Origin: an uncultured Acidobacteriaceae bacterium
Lineage (GTDB): Bacteria; Acidobacteriota; Terriglobia; Terriglobales; Acidobacteriaceae
Direction of reading: 5' to 3'
DNA: 64,000 nucleotides
Assembly: GCA_963796785.1 (NCBI GenBank)
Contig: CAWCMW010000006.1
Span: forward strand, 46,482 to 110,481
Shown here: positions 54,857 through 64,000 of the stretch, piece after piece
Layout: every line of letters starts with the position of its first letter
Position numbering within the stretch: the stretch's first letter is position 1
Translations under genes and position numbers: made by a program
The notes under the pieces: generated by a model
Database searches by the model: none
The model's input: only the letters and a program-made list of their open reading frames with translations
Told to the model about the DNA's origin: nothing

Positions 54857-56059
54857 GTGAAAACAATGAAAGTTGCGATTATTGGCGGCGGCATTGTGGG
54901 GCTCGCGACGGCGCACCAGCTTCTTGAGCGGCATCCCTCGGTGCAGGTGATCCTGCTGGAGAAGGAGAGCGGGCCGGGCCGTCACCAGACCGGGCACAAC
55001 AGCGGAGTGCTGCACTGCGGCCTCTATTACAAGCCGGGCTCGACAAAGGCGCGGCTGGCGGTGGATGGGTTGCGCAGAATGACGGCATTCTGCGAGCAGC
55101 ACGGCGTGCCTTACGAGCTGTGCGGCAAGACGGTTGTGGCCACGGAGGCGGAGGAGATTCCGCGACTGCATGCGCTGATGGAGCGCGGCAAGGCTAACGG
55201 TTTGGAAGGCCTCGAACTGTTGGGGCCGGAGAAGATTCGCGAATATGAGCCGCACGCGGCGGGATTGGCGGGAATCCGCGTTCCGCAGGAAGGGATCGTG
55301 GACTACGGCGCGGTTTGCGCGGAGATGGTGAAGGAGATTGGCGCAAGGGGCGGGGACCTCAAGTTCTCATCGGAAGTAACGCGTGCGAAGAAAGCCGGCG
55401 CGTGGACGATCCATACAAAAAGTGGCGAATACGAAGCGGACTTTCTCATCAATTGCGCCGGATTGCAGTGCGACCGTGTGGGCCGCATCGCGGGGAGCGG
55501 TGACAGAGCGAAGATTGTGCCGTTTCGCGGCGAATATTACAAGCTCCGGCCGGAGCGGCAACACTTGGTGAAGAATCTGATCTACCCCGTGCCTGATCCG
55601 AGTTTTCCGTTTCTCGGAGTGCACTTTACGCGGCAGATCGCCGGCGGGGTGGAGTGCGGACCGAATGCGGTGCTGGCCTTTAAGCGCGAGGGATACCGGC
55701 ACACGGATTTTTCGTTGCGCGATACGCTGGAGACGCTCACCTACCCGGGGTTCTGGAGATTTTTTGTTCGCTATCCGCGCATGTGCTGGGAGGAATTCAA
55801 GCGGTCGAATAGCAAGAAGCTTTTTTGCCAGTCGTTGCAGCGGCTGGTGCCGGAGCTGACGATAGACGACCTGGCACAAGGCGGGGCGGGCGTTCGCGCG
55901 CAGGCGCTCTCGCCGACGGGCGAGCTGATGCAGGACTTCTATTTCGTGCAGCGGGAGGGCGCGCTGCATGTACTGAATGCGCCGAGCCCCGCAGCGACGG
56001 CTTCATTGGCGATTGCGGACGCGATCCTGGATCAGGCGCGAGAGGCGCTGGAGGCCTGA
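54857..56059 (+). CDS. lhgO: L-2-hydroxyglutarate oxidase
   Basis: GGGIVG, HQTGHNSGVLH, YPVPDP.FPFLGVH, NAPSPAATAS. Confidence 0.9.
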   Translation: MKTMKVAIIGGGIVGLATAHQLLERHPSVQVILLEKESGPGRHQTGHNSGVLHCGLYYKPGSTKARLAVDGLRRMTAFCEQHGVPYELCGKTVVATEAEEIPRLHALMERGKANGLEGLELLGPEKIREYEPHAAGLAGIRVPQEGIVDYGAVCAEMVKEIGARGGDLKFSSEVTRAKKAGAWTIHTKSGEYEADFLINCAGLQCDRVGRIAGSGDRAKIVPFRGEYYKLRPERQHLVKNLIYPVPDPSFPFLGVHFTRQIAGGVECGPNAVLAFKREGYRHTDFSLRDTLETLTYPGFWRFFVRYPRMCWEEFKRSNSKKLFCQSLQRLVPELTIDDLAQGGAGVRAQALSPTGELMQDFYFVQREGALHVLNAPSPAATASLAIADAILDQAREALEA

Positions 56060-56136
56060 TTCGGCGGGGACGCGCAGCGGTGTAAACTAGCAGAGACCCT
56101 GAGCCGGTTCGCCAAGGCGGACCGGCTGCATTATGT

Positions 56137-56213
56137 CGGGACGTGGCTCAGCCTGGTAGAGCACTCGCTTGGGGTGCGAGGGGTCGGCAGTTCGAATCTG
56201 CCCGTCCCGACCA
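56137..56213 (+). tRNA. tRNA-Pro (GGG)
   Basis: CGGGACG acceptor stem, D-loop AGCCTGGTA, anticodon arm CTCGC-TTGGGGT-GCGAG, TTCGAAT T-loop, CCA end. Confidence 0.95.
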
Positions 56214-56347
56214 TTTCAGTTTTGCCAATACTCTTCGTCCAGCAAATCTCTTCGTGGCCGACCCACGAAGCACCCCAACCAGCGCCGTAGCGTCAGCGAA
56301 GGCGCCGAGTCCAGCCTGCGAGGGGTGCGAGGCAAAGCCGAGCATGC

Positions 56348-56478
56348 GCAGTTCGAATCTGCCCGTCCCGACCAATTAACCTTCTGATCCCTCGACTTCG
56401 CTCGGGATTTCGCCTGCGGGCTCGCGCTTCACTCACGCCCGCAGAACGGCTCAAGTTCGAATCTGCCCGTCCCGACCA
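56348..56478 (+). repeat. Two direct repeats of the tRNA-Pro 3' end
   Basis: GCAGTTCGAATCTGCCCGTCCCGACCA at 56348-74 and AGTTCGAATCTGCCCGTCCCGACCA at 56454-78. Confidence 0.9.
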
Positions 56479-56746
56479 TATAACCTTCCCTTCTCCAACC
56501 ATCTTTGGAATGGCTGTCCTCTGCGGGGCTACCCGAGTACCAACGGCGCGCGGCCTGTTGACGACAGCACCAACATGACTTTTGTCATGTACCCAAAAAC
56601 AGATTCTTCGCGCATTGTGAAGAGACAGGGCAAAGAACCCTACAAGGGTCTATGGCCGGCCGCTCGTGATCCGCGTGGACCGGTTCATCGAGCGCCTGCG
56701 GATTTTTTGAAGCACGACATTTTCCCCCAGGGCTGCGCATCCTCGA

Positions 56747-58759
56747 ATGGCTCAAAAAACGCTGCCGCGAATAGACGATGGCGAGCAGCGGGTAACTCGA
56801 CCATCGAGGGAAAGGCGGCACATGCATTTCCCCCAATCGCGTCACGCACTGCAATCAAGCTCGGACCAGAGCAAAGCTCCAGCGATCCGCACGAGGCCAG
56901 GGAACGGACTCCGCGCGCTCGTGCTTTTATCGGTTTTCGCGGGACTCGCTGGTTGCACGCAGAAGATCCCGACCGTTAAACAGGTTGCCATGCCTGCGAT
57001 CAGCTCGTTTTCCGCGAGCCCGACGTCGATCATCAATGGCTCAACGACCACTGTAAGCTGGGCCACCGCGGGAGCAACCAGCATCGCCATTACGCCGGGA
57101 ACGTTTGCGTCGACGTCTGCGAATGGATCGGTGGTTCTGAGTCCGACGGCGACGACGACCTATACATTGACAGCCACGAATACTACGGGCTCTGTTACCG
57201 CGACGCTGGTGGTGACCGTGACGCAGCCGACGCTGCCCACGATCAGCTCATTCACAGCGAGCCCGGCGAGCATTACGCTGGGCGGGATCAGCACGCTGAG
57301 CTGGACAACTACAGGCGCGACGACGCTCAACATTGCGCCGGGGAGCCTGGCGTCGACTTCGGCAATCGGATCGGTGAACGTAAGCCCGGAGACGACGACA
57401 ACGTATGTGCTGACGGCGACCAATGCGGCGGGATCGGTGACGGCGTCGGCCAAGGTGACGCTGACATCGGCGGGCGGACCGTTATCGATTACGACAACGA
57501 GCTGCCCAGGAGGAACGCAGAACACGGCTTATGCGGGATGCACGATCGCGGCGACTGGCGGGAATCCCCCCTACACATTTTCGGTGGACGACAGCGGTGA
57601 CTATCCTCCGCTGCCGGAAGGGTTGACGCTGGACGCGTCGTCAGGCGAGATTACAAGCCCGTTGATCGGCGGCCAGGGAACGTACATGCCGGAGATCATC
57701 GTGACCGATGCGACGAGCGCGACAGCAAAGGCACAGGTCGCGTTCGCGATGAACGGGAACAACGCGTTTTTGGCAAATGTCTTCACCTCGGCTTCGATCT
57801 TCCACCATCGCGTGGATGCGGCGACCACGAATCTGCCCGTGGACACGTCGCCCGCGGCGCCGATGTACAGCGGCTATTTGCCGGCGACGGTCAAGCCGTT
57901 TTTCGGGAACAACTCCAACGCGCCGTTCCCGAATGGAATTCCGGCGATCGAGGTGCCGGCGAACCAGCCCGATGTTTCGGTGGCGACGACGATATACCAG
58001 TCGGATTTTATTTCCGGACCGATTCCGGCCTATGCGCCGGTGGAGGGCACGAGCATCTCGAACGGAGACCGGCACGTCCTGGTGTACCTGGAGCCGGGCA
58101 GCGGAACGAATCCGGCGCTCTACGAGATGTGGCAGGGAATTTATCTGGACGGACCGTGGACCGATTCCTCGAACGCGGAGTGGCCGAACGTGGCGACGGA
58201 TGCGCTGACGCCGCAGGGTCAGGGAACGTCGGATGCGGCGGGCCTGCCGGTGGGGCCGCTGCTGGCCAATGCGGATGAGGTGATTGGGACGGGCACGCCG
58301 ACAGCGCCGAATGGAACGATCAAGCATCCCATTCGATTCACGCTCAACCACATGCTGAACTACTGGGTGTGGCCGGCGACGGAAACGGCGGGCGTGGGAA
58401 GCTGCAAAGACAGCGGCGGCGGATCGATTTCCACCGAGAGCGAAATTTCGCAGGCGACACCGCCGTCAAGCTGCACGATGAGCGGTGCGGCTGGCGAGAT
58501 TTACCGGCTCAAGGCGTCGGTAACGACGCCCACATGCGCAGCAACGAGCCCGCAGGCGGCGATCATCATCACGGCGTTCCGGAATTACGGAATCATTCTG
58601 GCCGACAACGGCGACAGCGGCGGGCTGATCGGGACTCCCGACGCCCGATGGAACGACGAGGATCTATCGTGCCTGACGAGCCTGATACTCGGGGACTTTG
58701 AGCCGGTGAATGTGTCGAGCCTGATGGTTTCCAACGACAGCGGGGCGACGAGCCACTAG
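56747..58759 (+). CDS. Putative lipoprotein with Ig/PKD-like repeats and an uncharacterised C-terminal domain
   Basis: Lipobox-like LAGC; two PxISSFxASPxSI..TTTYxLTATN repeats; GGNPPYTFS Ig unit; C-terminal GDRH..YEMW..DAAGLP..HPIRFT..YGIILADNG. Start uncertain. Confidence 0.8.
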   Translation: MAQKTLPRIDDGEQRVTRPSRERRHMHFPQSRHALQSSSDQSKAPAIRTRPGNGLRALVLLSVFAGLAGCTQKIPTVKQVAMPAISSFSASPTSIINGSTTTVSWATAGATSIAITPGTFASTSANGSVVLSPTATTTYTLTATNTTGSVTATLVVTVTQPTLPTISSFTASPASITLGGISTLSWTTTGATTLNIAPGSLASTSAIGSVNVSPETTTTYVLTATNAAGSVTASAKVTLTSAGGPLSITTTSCPGGTQNTAYAGCTIAATGGNPPYTFSVDDSGDYPPLPEGLTLDASSGEITSPLIGGQGTYMPEIIVTDATSATAKAQVAFAMNGNNAFLANVFTSASIFHHRVDAATTNLPVDTSPAAPMYSGYLPATVKPFFGNNSNAPFPNGIPAIEVPANQPDVSVATTIYQSDFISGPIPAYAPVEGTSISNGDRHVLVYLEPGSGTNPALYEMWQGIYLDGPWTDSSNAEWPNVATDALTPQGQGTSDAAGLPVGPLLANADEVIGTGTPTAPNGTIKHPIRFTLNHMLNYWVWPATETAGVGSCKDSGGGSISTESEISQATPPSSCTMSGAAGEIYRLKASVTTPTCAATSPQAAIIITAFRNYGIILADNGDSGGLIGTPDARWNDEDLSCLTSLILGDFEPVNVSSLMVSNDSGATSH

Positions 58760-58816
58760 ACGGCTTCGGCGATCACTGAAGCCGGCATGGTCTCCCATCG
58801 AGTTGGTGTCGGAGGA

Positions 58817-59089
58817 TCAGTGCGCCGGGGGAACGTAGTCGGCGGGCAGGGCTGCGCCAGAGCCGAAGAAAAAGTCTTCCATTTGCTCGACGAGGAACTG
58901 CTGCGCCTGCGGAAGCCAGGGCTGGAGGCGGTACTCATTGAGCAGCATCTTCTGGCGGCCAAGCCACTCCTCCCAGGCTGCCTTGGAGACGTTCTTGTAG
59001 ATCTTCTGGCCAAACTCCGAGTCGAAGGGCGGCTCGTCAAGGCCCTCCATTTCCTTTTTATTACGAACGCAAAAAACCATGTGCGCCAT
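58817..59089 (-). CDS. yggX: Fe(II)-trafficking / oxidative damage protection protein
   Basis: MVFCV..EGL..PP..GQKIYKNVSKAAW.EW..QKMLLNEYRL. Confidence 0.9.
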   Translation of the reverse strand: MAHMVFCVRNKKEMEGLDEPPFDSEFGQKIYKNVSKAAWEEWLGRQKMLLNEYRLQPWLPQAQQFLVEQMEDFFFGSGAALPADYVPPAH

Positions 59090-59310
59090 CGAAATTGCTC
59101 CCAGATGTCATTGTAAATTGGATGGGCGGGAGGGCGGATGGATGCGGAGGGTGCGTAAATTCTCTTGACAAGGAGATGGGCGGCAGGTTGTCCTATCTCC
59201 ACCTCGCTTGACGCGCGGCCTCATGAGCTGAATCTGCCGGTGCGCATGGCGTGTACAGAAGCGAAGAACCCCTCCCCATCAACCGTTTTTCCTTAAAAAG
59301 GAGAGTTGCT

Positions 59311-59658
59311 ATGGCCGATGAACCGAATGCAGCAGCAGCCAGCTCAGGACTGTCAGACGACGCCGCCAGCGGCCTTGCCTATCTGACGGTTATTCCGGCG
59401 ATCATTTTTCTGATCGTTGCGCCGTACAACACAAATCCCAAGATCAAGTTCCACGCCTGGCAGAACGTCTTCCTCACGATCGGATGGTTTGCATGTTCGG
59501 TCGTGATGATCATTCCGATTCTCGGCTGGATCGTGGGTGTTCTAGGCGTCCTTGCGCTCTTCGTTTGCTGGCTCATTGCCATCATCCAGGCATTCCAGGG
59601 AAAAAGGTTCATGATCCCGTTGATCGGACCCCTTGCCTTAAAGCAGGCAGGCGCTTAA
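59311..59658 (+). CDS. DUF4870-like membrane protein
   Basis: ASGLAYL..KFHAWQ..IPILGW..QAFQGK.FMIPLIG; AGGAG SD. Confidence 0.8.
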   Translation: MADEPNAAAASSGLSDDAASGLAYLTVIPAIIFLIVAPYNTNPKIKFHAWQNVFLTIGWFACSVVMIIPILGWIVGVLGVLALFVCWLIAIIQAFQGKRFMIPLIGPLALKQAGA

Positions 59659-59700
59659 GGAGCTGCGGCCGGGCTAATCGGCCCGAATGCCGTTCCAGGT

Positions 59701-62309
59701 TCATCGCCTTTTGCCCTTCTTGAATCGCCGCTTGCTTCCACCCGGAGGCTGCGGCGATGCGTTTTTGCGTTTGTTCTTCTTCGATTTTGAAGAGGACGGC
59801 GCGGCCCTTTTGCCGGTGAGCGGCAACTCTTCTTCCACCAAGGCAAATTGAAGCTTGCGTTCCTGCGCGAGGACGCGGTCGAGGATGACCTGGACGCGGT
59901 CGCCCGCGCGGAAGCGGCGGCCGGTGCGCTCGCCGATGATTTCGTGCGTGTTCTCGCGCCAGGTGTAGCGGTCGGCGCGCAGAGTGTCGATGGGGACGAG
60001 GCCCTCGACGAAGAGATCGGTGAGCTCGACAAAGAGGCCGAATTTGGCGGGGTTCAGGACGAGAGCGGCGAACTCGTCGCCGACGCGGTCTTGCATGAAG
60101 CGGACCTTCTTCCATTCGACAAGCTCGCGCTCGGCCTCGGCGGCGCGGCGTTCGGTGTAGCTGGTTTCTTCAGCAATCTCGGCGAGTTCGGGTTCGGAGA
60201 TGGGGGGTGGAGTTGGCGGACTGCGGCTTCTGTTTCGGAGGGCGCATGGTCCCTTCACCCGGTGCGCGAGCGAGGATCGGGGCACCCGCATGTTGTCGCT
60301 CGGCCTTCATTGGGATGCGACCATGGCGAGCTCAGGCGCGATGCAGTGATGGTGCGATGGCTCGGGACGCCGGCACGGAGAAGCGCTTTGGCGATGCGGT
60401 GCACGATGAGGTCGGGATAGCGGCGGATGGGCGAAGTGAAGTGGGTGTACGTGGGCGCGGCGAGAGCAAAGTGCCCCTCGTTGACCTCGGAGTAGCGGGC
60501 CTGCGAGAGCGAGCGCAGCATGAGGTAGCTGAGAATGCGCTCTTCTGGCTTGCCCTCAATGCGCGCGGCGAGTTTTTGATACATGCGCGGCGTGACGGCG
60601 ATGTCCTCAGGCACTTCGTGCTGACGGGGATTGCGGCCCTGACCATGAGACTCGCGGCGCTCGGCGCGGGTGACGACGCGCTTCACAGGGAGTGGTCCAA
60701 GACCAAGAGAAAAACCGAAGCCGGCGGCGAGTTCTTCGAATTGGACGACGCGCCGCGGGTCGGGCTTCTCGTGAATGCGATAGAGCGAAGGAACGCCGAG
60801 GTCTTCAAGCCAGACGGCAACGCACTCGTTGGCGGCGAGCATGAACTCTTCTATCAGGCGATTGGCCCATGTGCGCTCGGCGCGGGTAACTCCGCGCATC
60901 TGGCCGTTCTCGTCGAATTCGATGACCGGTTCGGGCAAATCGAAATCGATGGAGCCGCGCTCCTCGCGGCGCCGATTCATGAGGACGGCGAGTTTTTTCA
61001 TGCGCTCAAATTCTGGTACGAGTTGTGCGTACCTGGCGCGAGTCTCTGCGTCGTCCTCAATGATCGCGGACACCGCAGTGTAGGTCATGCGCGCGGCAGA
61101 GCGTATGACGCCTTCGACGACCTCGAAGCTCTCGATGTTGCCCGCGGTATCAAGCTGCATGATGCAACTGAGAACGAGACGGTCTTCGTTGGGACGAAGG
61201 CTGCAAATATCGGTCGACAGTTCCTGCGGCAGCATGGGGATGGCGCGATCTGGGAAGTAAACGCTGGTGCCACGGATGCGGGCCTCGAGATCGAGGGCCG
61301 AGCCGGCGAGGACATATTCAGACACGTCGGCGATATGAACCTGAAGTTCGTAGCCGCCGTCGTTGCGCTCGCGGACCAGGACCGCATCGTCAAAGTCGCG
61401 CGCGGTCTCGCCGTCGATGGTCACGATGGGCAGCGAGCGGAAGTCGGCCCTGCGGTCGGCAATGTCCGGGTCGAGGTGCGCGACGCGACGGGCTTCGGCC
61501 AGCACGGCTTCAGGAAAGATGCGTGGGAGCTGATGCTTGCGGATCATCATCTCCACGTCGACGCCGAAATCGTCCGGCGAGCCAAGGACTTCAATGACGC
61601 GGCCGATGGGAGGGCGCGTAGGCGTGGGCCAACTGGTGATCTCAACATCGACGACGATGCCTTCGCAGGCGCCTCCGCGCTTTCGGGTTTTGGAGCAGAG
61701 CGTGCCTCGCGCCCAAGCACGCGATGCGGCGTGGAGGAGCCGGCGACCGGCGGGATTTCCGCGCCAGGAGGGATCACGATGGGCTGCGTCATGCGATCGT
61801 CGAAGGGAATGACGACATTGTTGCGCCCACGATCTGGACGGGCGATGCGAAACGTGCCGACCACCGTGGGGTTGCGGCGCTCGAGAATTTGCACGATGCG
61901 GCCCTGCTGGCGGCCATCGGCTTTGGGAGGCTCGAGCTCGACCAGAACCTGGTCTCCCTGCATGGCGGCATTGATTTCACTGGGCGGAATGAAAATGTCC
62001 TGCAGCCGCGGGAGCAATTTTTGCGTCCGCCGCGGAGGGTTTGCGATTGGGGCGGACGAAGCCGTAGCCATCGCGGTGCAGATCGAGGCGCCCGGCGACG
62101 AGATTCTCCCGCGATGCAGCGCGGGGAAGAGTCCAGTGCTCGCGGTCCGGTTGGATGAGCTGGCCGCGAACAGTGAGCCGGGCCAGTTGCTCAAGGAGCA
62201 GACGCCGCGCCCGCCCGCCGGGGAGCGAGAGCTCGCGGACCAACTGCTTGTATCCGGCCTTTTGCCCGGATGAGGCGGCGATCCGGGCGAGCAACTCGCG
62301 ATCGGTCAT
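59701..62309 (-). CDS. rnr: Ribonuclease R; several frameshifts
   Basis: HRDGYGFV, TIDGETARDFDDAV, VHIADV, IEEFMLAAN, HFTSPIRRYPD, S1 domain, basic tail. Confidence 0.93.
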
Positions 62310-62592
62310 ACGCCAAGACTAGAGCATGCCATTCACTTTGGGGACAGGCGGCGGTCGGAGATGACTTTGGGGTGCCGCGCTTGCACAGAAATCGCAGAGT
62401 TGCCGTAGAATGGGTTTGCGCGTCATCCTGGCGGAGCCTGAAGATTGACTCGACCGATTGCAGGCAGCCAAGGAGATGGCCACAGCGTGAGCGGCGGCAA
62501 GCGGAATTATTGATTTTGGGCTCGAGCCATTGGCCTTGCCTTGGCATCCCCGGTCCTGAAGCGGACAGAATAGGAAGAGAACCTTGAGCGCA

Positions 62593-63114
62593 ATGTGGAA
62601 ACCAAGTCAGACTGGATCTTCGATCCCGAATGCAACGCCGGAGCCGCAGCACGCGGCGCCCCCGGCACACGTGCCTGAGACACCTGCCCGGATGCAGGCC
62701 GGAAACGCCGAACAAGCCACGCTCGGCAAGAGCCTGTTCATCAAAGGTGAAATTACAGGTTCGGAATCTTTATATATTGACGGCAAAGTGGAGGGCGCAA
62801 TCAACCTTCCCGGCAACCGTGTGACGGTGGGCCGCAACGGCCAGGTTGGAGCTAACATCACCGCGCGCGAGGTTGTGGTGCTCGGCAAAGTAAAGGGCAA
62901 CGTCTCGGCCACCGATCGCGTGGACATTCGCGCGGAAGGGTCGCTGCATGGCGACGTCGCGGCGGCGCGCATCAGCATTGAAGATGGCGCGTTCTTCAAG
63001 GGCGGCATCGATATTCGCAAGCCCGATTCGAAGCCGTTGCAGGCAACCGGGACTTCGGGTCCGGTTGCGGTCCCCGGCCCGGCGCCGTCGATTCACGAAA
63101 CGCACAACAGCTAG
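62593..63114 (+). CDS. Bactofilin (polymer-forming cytoskeletal protein)
   Basis: LGKSLFIKGEI..LYIDGKVEG..GKVKGNV..GDV..RISIEDGAFFKG. Confidence 0.92.
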   Translation: MWKPSQTGSSIPNATPEPQHAAPPAHVPETPARMQAGNAEQATLGKSLFIKGEITGSESLYIDGKVEGAINLPGNRVTVGRNGQVGANITAREVVVLGKVKGNVSATDRVDIRAEGSLHGDVAAARISIEDGAFFKGGIDIRKPDSKPLQATGTSGPVAVPGPAPSIHETHNS

Positions 63115-63257
63115 GCTCGCTGTTGCACGCGTAGCAAGAAATCATAGCGTCGAGAGCAAGCGCTTCCGCGTCGCCGGGAGCGCTTGCGTTTTTGCGCGAC
63201 GATTCGCGGTGCATTCGCGCGGGTTCGGGCGCGAGCAGTGCTGTTAGTTGCGAAGAT

Positions 63258-64000
63258 TCAGCTGAGCCGCAGGCGGCGTAGGGCGACGCGGGGCAGCGCT
63301 GAGCCGGAGATATCGAGGACCCACATGGTGACAGCGGTCCAGATTGCGGTGCCGCCGATGAGAATTGCCGTGTCAGCGATGGACCGGGCGTGATCAAGCT
63401 CGGCCAGGCGCGGCAGATGGTGGAACAGGCCGGCGACGATCCAGGCAACGAACCACGCGGCGGCGCCACCTGAAAATGCCCCCAGCAGGCAGCGGCCCAA
63501 CTCCGCATAGTCAAGGCTGGCGAGGGAGACCATGCGGCGCTGGTGCAGAAGCAAGGCAATGGTGAGAGTCTGGAGCAGGATGCCGACGTCGGATGCGAGG
63601 GCCAGGCCCATGGCGCCGCGCCAATGAAAAAGAAGGTCGTAGATGGGCAGGGAAACGGCCGTAACGATGGTGCTGGCGACCATAGGCACAAAAGTGTTTC
63701 CGGCGGCAAAGAAAGCGCGCGAGTAGATGGCCTGCGCAGACCAGAGAAACAGTGAAACCGAGAAGACAGCAAAGTAGGCGGCGCACAGGCGCGCGTCGTC
63801 TGGCGAGAAGCGGCCGCCGGTAAAGACCAGATCGATTGCCGGCCAGCCCAGCGCCACCATGATGGATGCGAAGAGAAGGCCGAGTGCGGCCACGCGGGAG
63901 ACTGAATCGGCGACGCCGGTCGCGAACTCGAAGCGGCGATCGCGCGTCCACAGGGTGGCAAAGAAGGGCAAGGAGGCAGCGCCAGCGGCCTGCGCCAAAA
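63258..64000 (-). CDS. murJ: Lipid II flippase MurJ, C-terminal part (truncated by window edge)
   Basis: LPFF, GGRF..D, SRAFFAAGNTFVP, GLALAS. Confidence 0.85.
   Translation of the reverse strand, partial: LAQAAGAASLPFFATLWTRDRRFEFATGVADSVSRVAALGLLFASIMVALGWPAIDLVFTGGRFSPDDARLCAAYFAVFSVSLFLWSAQAIYSRAFFAAGNTFVPMVASTIVTAVSLPIYDLLFHWRGAMGLALASDVGILLQTLTIALLLHQRRMVSLASLDYAELGRCLLGAFSGGAAAWFVAWIVAGLFHHLPRLAELDHARSIADTAILIGGTAIWTAVTMWVLDISGSALPRVALRRLRLS

Noticed and set aside
56187-56478. Mini CRISPR array or prophage boundary
   Set aside because: The repeats are the tRNA 3' end, the spacers are long and unequal, and there are no cas, integrase or phage genes.
60207-62273. 688-aa plus-strand ORF
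   Set aside because: It is the antisense shadow of rnr in high-GC DNA.

Overview
GC-rich bacterial chromosomal segment. Gene content and style (carboxypeptidase-regulatory/TonB-dependent receptor, Big_3-type surface proteins, kinase-TPR proteins, REP-like hairpin) suggest Acidobacteriota (Terriglobia-like); this is inference. Many genes, including tyrS, thyX-like and rnr, are split by single-base frameshifts, most likely long-read assembly indels. Most of the window is ordinary metabolism and housekeeping (fabG, pgl, glk, kduD, uxuA, alaC, tyrS, lhgO, rnr, murJ, tRNA-Pro). The best candidate for an undescribed system is an ~870-nt gene-free minus-strand unit at ~38046->37173. It has a sigma70-like promoter, a UUCG intrinsic terminator and paired 5'/3' ends. 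It is built of ~49-nt hairpin modules with 13 GNRA tetraloops, 5-bp basal stems that covary between modules and 3-nt linkers, which suggests a large multi-spoke structured ncRNA. Other notable items: a SIR2-TIR gene next to an nSTAND1-TM-beta-propeller-PDZ receptor and a kinase-TPR gene; a MITE inserted in codon 3 of a ParE toxin that supplies a new ATG; a riboswitch-like leader; a decayed IS1016-type element; a RAYT remnant with a REP; and triplicated tRNA-Pro 3' ends.
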